Origin: Candidatus Poribacteria bacterium
Lineage (GTDB): Bacteria; Poribacteria; WGA-4E; WGA-3G
DNA: 64,000 nucleotides
Direction: 5' to 3'
Assembly (NCBI GenBank): GCA_026706025.1
Contig: JAPOZO010000052.1
Location: 48,337-112,336 of the forward strand
Positions 1 through 7,396 of the stretch are shown piece by piece. Every line of letters begins with the position of its first letter. The first letter of the stretch is position 1. The notes below the pieces were generated by a model, which was given only the letters and a program-made list of their open reading frames with translations, had not been told where the DNA came from and did no database searches. The translations under genes and the position numbers were made by a program.

Positions 1-678
1 CCACACGCACGGCAAGCGGAATACGGTGAACACTACATTGATGTAGAACTCTTCGGAGAGCATCCGATTCCAGAAGGACGTGAGGCACATATCCAACTCT
101 GTGCTGAGCTCGGATTTAAACCGCGCGAGGTCGGCACCCTCCCGTATGCGTTAGCAGAATGGACGGAACGACTCGCACTCGCGTTTGCTGAGTATCGTAA
201 ATGGCCCGACAATCCGATGATCCAGAGTAAGTGTTTCGTCTATGCCGGCTTTCTCTCACACTACGCGCAGGATATGTGTCAACCCTTACACTTAACCATT
301 CATTTTGATGGGATTAAGCAACCGGACGGTACACGCCTACATCAGGGTATCCATGAGAAGGTTGATTCAGCAATTGAGCGTTTGGCACTCAAGCCGATGA
401 ATCTCGCGAAGGGACAACAGATTGAAGCTGTTGACGATTTGATGCCAGCGATAATAAAGCAGATCAAAGCTGAACACAGTTTCGTAGACGACGTTTACGA
501 ACTCGCCGAAGACTGGAAAAATTTGAAAAACCCGACACCTGCTCTGGTTGATTTTACAAATGACCGAGCGCGGGAAGCGGTCCGTTGGACAGCTTCGCTC
601 TATTTGACAGCGTGGCAATTATCTGAAAGCATCAGGTTACCTGGTTGGCTCGACCGCGCAAAAAACGATGAGGAATAG
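1..678 (+). CDS. S1/P1-type zinc nuclease, C-terminal part (5' end outside window)
   Basis: Frame 1 is open from position 1. The HYAQDMCQPLH motif matches the S1/P1 nuclease HxxGDxHQPLH zinc-binding signature. Stop at 676-678. Confidence 0.65.
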   Translation, partial: PHARQAEYGEHYIDVELFGEHPIPEGREAHIQLCAELGFKPREVGTLPYALAEWTERLALAFAEYRKWPDNPMIQSKCFVYAGFLSHYAQDMCQPLHLTIHFDGIKQPDGTRLHQGIHEKVDSAIERLALKPMNLAKGQQIEAVDDLMPAIIKQIKAEHSFVDDVYELAEDWKNLKNPTPALVDFTNDRAREAVRWTASLYLTAWQLSESIRLPGWLDRAKNDEE

Positions 679-681
679 TAG

Positions 682-832
682 TCAGTTATCAGTTTTCAGT
701 TATCGGTTATCAGTTAAAGAGGTTTGCTCTGGTATTCCGTCAATCGATAGACTTCTCCAGAAACTTTAACACCCCAAGACCTTCTTAACTGACAACTGAC
801 GACTGGTAGCTGATAACCGACAACTACAACTA
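682..832. repeat. Heptad-flanked palindromic intergenic element (family A copy 1)
   Basis: Left arm TCAGTTATCAGTTTTCAGTTATCGGTTATCAGTT; right arm AACTGACAACTGACGACTGG...GATAACCGACAACTACAACT. Central TTAAAGAGG...CTTCTTAAC. Ends 20 nt before the TTG start of the next gene. Confidence 0.8.
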
Positions 833-851
833 TTAAAAAGGAGAAATAAAC

Positions 852-2240
852 TTGTTACAACAGTGGAAACCTGATCCAACTTTTTATCCATCCCCTAAGA
901 TGGCGATTGAGGCACCTATTGAAGATGTTGCTTATGTCGCTGCGCCGAGAGATGATGACAAGCCCGACGCTATGTGTGTGGTTGACCTCAATCCAGCGTC
1001 CGATACTTATGGCGAGATTGTTCATAAACTGGAGCTCGGTGTTCGCGACGAAATCCACCACTTCGGTTGGAACGCTTGTAGTGCAGCACTCTGCCCCTAC
1101 GCACCACACCCTTATATAGAACGGCGTTACCTCGTTGTGCCAGCACTGCGCGGTTCCCATATCTATATCCTTGACGTGAAAGAGGACCCGAAGGCACCGA
1201 AACTCATTAAAACTTTAGATGCCAATGAAGTTGAATCACGATCAGGATATACCCGTCCGCATACAGTACACTGCGGTCCTGAAGGCATCTACATTAGTGC
1301 TTTGGCTTCAGCCGGTTCAGAAGAAGGTCCTGGCGGGATATTCCTTATGGATCACTATAACTTCAATATCTTGGGGCAGTGGGAAGTAGAACGCGGCTCT
1401 CAATCCCTGTCTTACGATTTCTGGTGGCACTTGGGTTATGATGTCGCTGTCACCAGTGAGTGGGGCACGCCAGCAATGATTGAAAACGGTGTAAGCCTTG
1501 AAGATTTGGGTGCCCGCAAATTCGGACATAAAATCCATATCTGGGATATCCGACATCGCAAGAATATCCAGACCTTAGATTTGGGCGATGACTATCAAAT
1601 GATTCTGGAATTACGTCCCGCGCACGACCCAACGAAGGCGCATGGGTTCGTCAATGCCGTGTTGAATATGACTGACCTCTCCAGTTCTATCTGGACATGG
1701 TATAAAGATGGAGACAATTGGGACATCAAAAAGATTATTGATATTCCGGCACAAGTTCCTGAAAATCCAGATGATTTGCCACCGGCTTTGAAGGATATCG
1801 GGATGATTCCTCCGCTTGTCACTGACCATATCCTCTCGTTAGATGACCGATTCCTATATGTCTCTTGTTGGGGGACCGGAGAGATGCTGCAATACGATGT
1901 ATCTGACCCGCTTAATCCGAAGCACACAGGCACCCTCAAGATAGGCGGTATTACCAAATCGCATCCGCACCCGGCTGCTGGACCTGTCAGTGGCGGTCCG
2001 CAGATGGTTGAATTGAGTCGGGATGGCAAGCGTCTCTACTTCACTAATTCTCTCTACGTTGCATGGGATAATCAGTTCTATCCGGATGGCGCAAATGGAT
2101 GGATGGTGAAGGCGGATGTCAACCCCGATGGTGGTTTTGAATTGGATCCTGACTTCTTCGTCGACTTCGGTGATAGCCGCGCGCATCAGATTCGGTTGCA
2201 AGGTGGCGATAGTTCTTCGGATACTTTTTGTTATCCGTAG
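852..2240 (+). CDS. Selenium-binding protein (SBP56) family / methanethiol oxidase-like
   Basis: Aligns along its full length with eukaryotic SELENBP1 (HHxGWNxCSS, LDDRFLYxSxW, GGPQMxxLSxDGKRLYxTxSLYxAWDxQFYPD). TTG start preceded by AAGGAG. Confidence 0.9.
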   Translation: MLQQWKPDPTFYPSPKMAIEAPIEDVAYVAAPRDDDKPDAMCVVDLNPASDTYGEIVHKLELGVRDEIHHFGWNACSAALCPYAPHPYIERRYLVVPALRGSHIYILDVKEDPKAPKLIKTLDANEVESRSGYTRPHTVHCGPEGIYISALASAGSEEGPGGIFLMDHYNFNILGQWEVERGSQSLSYDFWWHLGYDVAVTSEWGTPAMIENGVSLEDLGARKFGHKIHIWDIRHRKNIQTLDLGDDYQMILELRPAHDPTKAHGFVNAVLNMTDLSSSIWTWYKDGDNWDIKKIIDIPAQVPENPDDLPPALKDIGMIPPLVTDHILSLDDRFLYVSCWGTGEMLQYDVSDPLNPKHTGTLKIGGITKSHPHPAAGPVSGGPQMVELSRDGKRLYFTNSLYVAWDNQFYPDGANGWMVKADVNPDGGFELDPDFFVDFGDSRAHQIRLQGGDSSSDTFCYP

Positions 2241-2248
2241 GCATTTCG

Positions 2249-2315
2249 TAGGGGTTGGGAATGTAATACAAGGAACGGATTTAGTCTATTCCCAGACTAA
2301 ATCCCCCAACCCCTA
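2249..2315. repeat. Nested stem-loop (TAGGGGTTGGG...CCCAACCCCTA enclosing GGATTTAGTCT/AGACTAAATCC)
   Basis: Perfect 11-bp outer and 11-bp inner inverted repeats read directly from the sequence. Shares the CGTAGG/GGTTGGG motif with other intergenic hairpins (family E). Confidence 0.7.
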
Positions 2316-2362
2316 TTACTATAAAAAATATTTGACGTTTTTATATCCAGAAAGGCATTTTT

Positions 2363-3004
2363 ATGGATACCATTTCATGGTGGGGCATGCTTGGTCTCGG
2401 CGCATTTCACGGTATTAATCCAGGGATGGGTTGGCTTTTTGCTGTTGCTTTAGGCATGCAGGAAAAACGGAGAAGCGCCGTTATCGGTGCGCTCTTTCCG
2501 ATGGCACTTGGACACGCGCTATCCATTGCCGTTGTCGTATTCGTTATCGCCTTAGCACAGCGACAGCTGCCGGAGGGTGTGCTTCGCATTGCTTGTGCAA
2601 CTGTGTTGTTTGGTTTTGGCGTGTACAAATTTTTTAGTGCTCGACATCCGAAATGGGTCGGTATGCGTGTTAACTTCAAGGACTTAACGATCTGGTCCTT
2701 TCTGATGGCTTCCGCGCACGGTGCAGGTTTGATGCTGGCACCGCTTTTGTTACGGATGCCTGCTGCTGAGGCTTCAGGGCACATGCACCACGCACCCGCA
2801 AGCATGACGGATAACACAGTGATGTTACTGTCTGCCGTTGGGGTACATACCCTCAGTTTTTTTCTCGTGATGGGGGTTGTGGCGGTTATCGTCTATGAGG
2901 TGGTAGGACTCGCGTTGCTCCGCAAGGCGTGGTTTAATCTGGATCTGCTGTGGTCTATCGCTTTGATGATTGCTGGTATTGTTACCCTTTTCTTGAAGCA
3001 TTAG
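2363..3004 (+). CDS. Polytopic membrane protein, possible HupE/UreJ-like metal transporter
   Basis: About 6 predicted TM segments. Internally repeated FHGxNPG / SAHGAG histidine motifs and a His-rich loop (SGHMHHAP). Family assignment is tentative. Confidence 0.3.
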   Translation: MDTISWWGMLGLGAFHGINPGMGWLFAVALGMQEKRRSAVIGALFPMALGHALSIAVVVFVIALAQRQLPEGVLRIACATVLFGFGVYKFFSARHPKWVGMRVNFKDLTIWSFLMASAHGAGLMLAPLLLRMPAAEASGHMHHAPASMTDNTVMLLSAVGVHTLSFFLVMGVVAVIVYEVVGLALLRKAWFNLDLLWSIALMIAGIVTLFLKH

Positions 3005-3207
3005 AAGAAACTGCGTGTTTTTCGTTTGGGACGTTATATTTAGAGAGGCTCACTCTTCATTTTGCTTTATTTTTTTTCTCAAAAATCACAATTGCGCTGG
3101 TTGAATCTCCAAAAGCTGCAGATGGTATAACAATCTCGCAGAGTCGCCAACCTTCGCTTCCTTCGCGATTAAGCGTCATTTCAAGGGCCGGAATTGATCG
3201 GGAAACA

Positions 3208-3240
3208 AACCCTAACCCTTTCTGTTTGAGGGTTAGGGTT
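3208..3240. terminator. Bidirectional hairpin between convergent genes
   Basis: AACCCTAACCCT-ttctgtttg-AGGGTTAGGGTT perfect 12-bp stem followed by TTGT. Lies between the + gene ending at 3004 and the - gene ending at 3292. Confidence 0.5.
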
Positions 3241-3291
3241 TTGTATTCGTATTTAACCATTCAATGCCTCGCTTTCTTGTTTTGTTAACCG

Positions 3292-3879
3292 TTATATGCC
3301 TTCTTGATTCACCACAAGTTCTGTCCATGCCTGATTAATCGCTGCTTGGACATGGTTAGTTTCCACAAACGGAATTCCTAACTTAAAACATTCCGCTTGG
3401 ATCTCACGACTTTCCTTCTGATACCGGATAATTAGATTCCCTAATTCATAGTCTGAGAGAGATGTTGTCCAATGATCTATTCGGGTATATGTCCGTATTT
3501 CAGTGATTTTTGCCTCAACATTGACATCCACGTAACCCAAAAACACGCACTTAAAGCCTTCTTTATGAAGAACAGAGGCGGTTTTGGGGGATATATGATA
3601 CCCTTCTATGACAAAATTCAAACCTTCATATTTTGTATGTCGTGCCAATGCTTGGGTAAATGTTGAAAGTTTTTCACAAACGATTCGCGGGTTTGACGTA
3701 AAATGCGTGATATCAAGTTGCGGGAACGCGTCGTGCATTGAAGAGACGATTGCGTCCAAAGGGAAAATTGACGCTCCAAGTTTGTCTCGCAACTTTTTTG
3801 AAAGGCTTGACTTTCCAGATTGGGGTACACCACCGATAATAAAACAACACTGGTTTATTGCAGACATACATTCTTCCAT
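3292..3879 (-). CDS. P-loop kinase-like protein (chloramphenicol-phosphotransferase-like/AAA fold)
   Basis: N-terminal Walker A motif IIGGVPQSGKSSL. Small size and overall pattern resemble CPT/zeta-toxin-like kinases. Low GC. Confidence 0.4.
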   Translation of the reverse strand: MEECMSAINQCCFIIGGVPQSGKSSLSKKLRDKLGASIFPLDAIVSSMHDAFPQLDITHFTSNPRIVCEKLSTFTQALARHTKYEGLNFVIEGYHISPKTASVLHKEGFKCVFLGYVDVNVEAKITEIRTYTRIDHWTTSLSDYELGNLIIRYQKESREIQAECFKLGIPFVETNHVQAAINQAWTELVVNQEGI

Positions 3880-3896
3880 GTGGTATAACTGTCTTG

Positions 3897-4283
3897 TTAA
3901 ACCTTGATTTTATACTTTAGATCATTGGCTTCATCGCCTGTTATACCGCGAAAACCCCAGCAATGCGGTGGTTGCTCTTTTATCGTGATTTCAACATCTA
4001 TCGGGGAAATGGACAGTTGACTTTCTATCTCTTTGAAAAGCGTTTTGATAAGGGATTTTTGGGTTTCCACTTGACGACCTGCCATCATATTGATTTCAAT
4101 GACAGTATACGCATCAGTCCGACCGCCGGGATAGTAGAAATCTTCTTTCGCCATAGGCACAAAGCGGTGTGCTCGCTTGTCCTCTGGCATCCCAAGTACA
4201 GATTGCATACAGTCGTGGATTACGTCTGATAATTGTGCCTTTATCGGATTCAACTTTTCTTTGATGCCGTATACGATGATCAT
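3897..4283 (-). CDS. Tautomerase-family protein
   Basis: About 128 aa with the features of the tautomerase_2 family. 4-bp overlap with the downstream gene suggests an operon. Confidence 0.4.
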   Translation of the reverse strand: MIIVYGIKEKLNPIKAQLSDVIHDCMQSVLGMPEDKRAHRFVPMAKEDFYYPGGRTDAYTVIEINMMAGRQVETQKSLIKTLFKEIESQLSISPIDVEITIKEQPPHCWGFRGITGDEANDLKYKIKV

Positions 4284-4840
4284 GATTTTTCCTTAATCTG
4301 CGTAGGGAGCAACGCAACGCCGTATTTTTCTTGCAATGCGCGCAAGTCCGAAAAGTCGGTGTCTTGCAACATATATCCGAAATGTGAACGCACTTGGTAA
4401 TCCACTGATAGACATCGAACTTGCCGTCCACCAATAGAACCTATAGCATTCAGTTCCGGTTCAGTAATAATCCAATCAATTTCTCCTGGACCGTAGACTG
4501 CGCCCCCATTTTCCATCAGTTCAACCACATGAAAGTCAATTTTTCCGTGTAATTGATGCCCCATCACAAAGTTTCGGTCCGAACGGTCATCGGTATGGAT
4601 GTCAACAAAGCAGCGCGCGGAGAGTGCCTCGGTGAGTATTGCTGAATTTTTCCATGAGATGATAATATCCAAATCTTGGTGCTCCCGAGTGCATTCACCT
4701 AAGAGCGCATCAACACCCCAGCCACCGTCAATCCAGACTTTGATATCGAGCTCATTAAACAGATCAAGAAACCAGTGAACTCTGTCAGAGGTCATAGGGG
4801 AGACGTATTCGCTATCAGTGAGTGCGTTGCTCATTTTCAT
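4280..4840 (-). CDS. Aminoglycoside 2''-nucleotidyltransferase (ANT(2'')/AadB)-like nucleotidyltransferase
   Basis: VWIDGGWGVDALLGECTREHQDLDI aligns with the AadB motif LWIGGGWAIDARLGRVTRKHDDIDL. Similar length (186 aa). Confidence 0.6.
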   Translation of the reverse strand: MKMSNALTDSEYVSPMTSDRVHWFLDLFNELDIKVWIDGGWGVDALLGECTREHQDLDIIISWKNSAILTEALSARCFVDIHTDDRSDRNFVMGHQLHGKIDFHVVELMENGGAVYGPGEIDWIITEPELNAIGSIGGRQVRCLSVDYQVRSHFGYMLQDTDFSDLRALQEKYGVALLPTQIKEKS

Positions 4841-4851
4841 ATCGTCCTTAA

Positions 4852-5328
4852 CTAGGTCTTCAGTTGTTTCTCCAATTTAGACACACGTTCATGAAGTTCC
4901 AACACCAAATTTGCCAAGTTATCGAATGTCTTGGGGTAGAAAGCTTCTGGTGGTTCTTTATCAAACAGAAGTTCCATTTTCTCGCAAAAGCTTCGATCTT
5001 TAAGAATAGTTTTGGCCTTCTTTTCAACATTACTACGACTACGAAGGACAGGGTTCAACACCTTGGAAGCTATGAATTCAGCAGCTTTTCGACGATCCTC
5101 ATCTGCAAACTCTTCGTGAAGCCACCAACGAATGTGAGAAATTTTCTCTGGATTCAGTACAGTAGCGGAAGCCCCTGTTGTAACGCTGCTATCTTGGCGG
5201 ATTATGTGATTCGTGATACGATTTCGTAGGTCTTTACCATGCCCTACGTATACTAGTTTTTTGCTCTGATCGTAAATTGCATATATGCCAGGTTTTTTCG
5301 GTATTGAACTTGGAGAAAAGTCTATCAT
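4852..5328 (-). CDS. GIY-YIG nuclease domain protein
   Basis: KPGIYAIYD...LVYVGHGKDLRNRITNH contains the GIY..YVG..R..N signature. Confidence 0.6.
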   Translation of the reverse strand: MIDFSPSSIPKKPGIYAIYDQSKKLVYVGHGKDLRNRITNHIIRQDSSVTTGASATVLNPEKISHIRWWLHEEFADEDRRKAAEFIASKVLNPVLRSRSNVEKKAKTILKDRSFCEKMELLFDKEPPEAFYPKTFDNLANLVLELHERVSKLEKQLKT

Positions 5329-5375
5329 AACTTTGGGATCCTCCAGATTTTTAAGTTTGTTTTTTCAATTTTTTG

Positions 5376-5939
5376 TTAAAGGACCTTCAACGCGGCTTCA
5401 TACTTATCTCTAACGAGGTCTTGGATATCCTCTCGTAACTTCTGCCAGCTCCGTTGGAGTTTTGTTTTAACCCATGTTTTACCTTCATCAATTCCCATTC
5501 CGTGGTGAATGTACGCCAAGTATAAAAGCGAAGGAACGTGTTCAATATGGGACATGGCATCGGCATTGGCAAGACATGCTCCCTCTGGTCTCCGATGTTC
5601 AACTGTTACGCTTGCTCGATGTGTTGCGATAGCATCCTTGACAGCTTCCGTTTTTTCTTCTGGATAGTCGAAACGCTTGAGGAGTTTCTCCGCTTCAATT
5701 GGACCATGAATGTGATGATCAGCGTAAAGCGCTTTGTCCTTGATGCTGGCGTAATCGTGTAGTAATGCAGCGAATTCGACGATTTCTGGGTCAGCATCAA
5801 AGCGTGGGGCGAGCTGTTTTGCGTTTTGAATGACTGGTAAGATGTGATGCGTCCAAATATCGTAACCGAAGATGTTGGTATCAGCAGCACAAGCCTGCTC
5901 AACAATCTCCTCAATTCTATTTCTTATGGTTTCAATCAC
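5376..5939 (-). CDS. HD-domain phosphohydrolase
   Basis: H...HD motif (AALLHDYAS) with downstream conserved His and Asp residues. Confidence 0.55.
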   Translation of the reverse strand: MIETIRNRIEEIVEQACAADTNIFGYDIWTHHILPVIQNAKQLAPRFDADPEIVEFAALLHDYASIKDKALYADHHIHGPIEAEKLLKRFDYPEEKTEAVKDAIATHRASVTVEHRRPEGACLANADAMSHIEHVPSLLYLAYIHHGMGIDEGKTWVKTKLQRSWQKLREDIQDLVRDKYEAALKVL

Positions 5940-6114
5940 AGAGCGTTTCCTTTCTTGACATGAGTTTACAACTCATTTCTTAATGCGAAATTACGCAGTT
6001 CGCACAGCTTGTTTCCAACAATATTAAGCATACCATAAAACTGAAGCCGGGACAACTGAAAGTTGTGTCCGATAAAGATCGCGCGCTTGCTTCTAACCAT
6101 CCCGAAACGAAAAC

Positions 6115-6143
6115 TTGCTTTTTTTTGCTGTCTATGCTATAAT
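6115..6143 (+). promoter_or_regulatory. Sigma70-like promoter (TTGCTT-17-TATAAT)
   Basis: -35 at 6115-6120 and -10 at 6138-6143 with a 17-nt spacer, about 110 nt upstream of the 6252 start. Confidence 0.45.
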
Positions 6144-6251
6144 TTCTTTGCTTTACCTAAAACTTTAATCCGTTTTCTCAATATACGGGCTTGAAAGTAA
6201 CGCCCATCCATTAAAATTATCAAGCTGCACCCAGAAGGAGAACCTTATTTA

Positions 6252-7337
6252 ATGAACCTATATGGAGCAACGTATGACAGAATACAACTGCTTCGCCATG
6301 TCGGAGATATATCGCAAATCGCCCATGCAAAGGTATATCAATTGACGGATGGCAATGAAAAAGGTGTTGACGCAATTGATTTCCGAACCGGTAGCGGCTT
6401 AAATTTCACCGTGCTACCGAGCCGTGGGTTAGATGTCGCTTACGCCGAATATCAGGGGATTCCACTCTGTTGGCGTTCGAGTACAGGCGATGTCAATCCG
6501 GCACATTACGAACCTGATGGACTCGGCTGGTTGCGCAGCTTCTACGGCGGTTTACTGACGACTTGTGGGATGCGACAAGTCGGTGTACCCAATGAAGATG
6601 ACGACGAGGCACTCGGACTTCACGGACGGGTATCGCACATCCCTGCAAAAAACGTTTGGGTTGACAGCCGGTGGGAAGGACAACGCTATATGCTATGGGC
6701 GCAGGGCAAGGTTAAAGAAACCGCCGCTTTGGGCGAAAACCTCTCGCGCACTCGCAGGATCTGGACAGAACTCGGATCGCGTACGTTGCACATTGAAGAT
6801 ATTGTTGAAAATTTGGGATACCAAGATTCACCACACATGTACCTTTTCCATATTAATGTCGGATTTCCGATCCTTACCCAAGACAGTGAACTACTTGCGC
6901 CCTCCTCACAAGTCACACCGCGAGATGAACAAGCTGCCACAAACTTAAATAACTATAACCTCTGCGAACCGCCAACCGTCGATTTTCAAGAGCAGGCTTT
7001 CTACCATGAAATGGAACCAGATGTTGATAACCACATCTATGTCGCATTAGTAAACCGTGGGTTCAATAATGGACAAGGCATCGGTGTATCGGTGCGCTAT
7101 CACAAGACGCAGTTTCCAAATTTTGTTCAGTGGAAAATGTGTGGTGAAGGCACTTATGTCTTCGGTTTGGAACCTTCAAACTGCGGTGTAGAAGGCAGGG
7201 CAAAGGAGCGTGAACGCGGCACGTTACAGTATATTGAACCCGGTGGTCGTAGGCACTATGAAGTCGAAATCGGTGTGCTGACTTCCAATGCAGAGATTGA
7301 TGCCCTCCAAGAAAAAATCGCACAAACGCAAAATTGA
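6252..7337 (+). CDS. Conserved hypothetical protein (possibly aldose-1-epimerase-like/DUF4432-like)
   Basis: 361-aa ORF with a good SD (AGAAGGAG). Fold assignment rests on weak recollection only. Confidence 0.3.
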   Translation: MNLYGATYDRIQLLRHVGDISQIAHAKVYQLTDGNEKGVDAIDFRTGSGLNFTVLPSRGLDVAYAEYQGIPLCWRSSTGDVNPAHYEPDGLGWLRSFYGGLLTTCGMRQVGVPNEDDDEALGLHGRVSHIPAKNVWVDSRWEGQRYMLWAQGKVKETAALGENLSRTRRIWTELGSRTLHIEDIVENLGYQDSPHMYLFHINVGFPILTQDSELLAPSSQVTPRDEQAATNLNNYNLCEPPTVDFQEQAFYHEMEPDVDNHIYVALVNRGFNNGQGIGVSVRYHKTQFPNFVQWKMCGEGTYVFGLEPSNCGVEGRAKERERGTLQYIEPGGRRHYEVEIGVLTSNAEIDALQEKIAQTQN

Positions 7338-7396
7338 TGATACTATTCTCGTAGGAATATAGCGTTAGGCTGCCCTACGACTGAGGAGAAATTAAA

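Noticed and set aside
367-618. Numerous antisense or embedded ORFs of 60-190 aa inside large genes (for example 367-618 minus, 1595-2029 minus, 8933-9511 minus, 22635-23450 minus, 44439-45143 minus)
   Set aside because: They lie opposite or within well-supported conserved genes. Their composition is that of mirrored codon usage, and they show no RBS or recognisable motifs.
3208-3240. CCCTAACCCT / AGGGTTAGGG looked telomere-like
   Set aside because: There are only two units per arm, arranged as an inverted repeat forming a hairpin between convergent genes. The sequence is a terminator-like structure, not a telomeric array.
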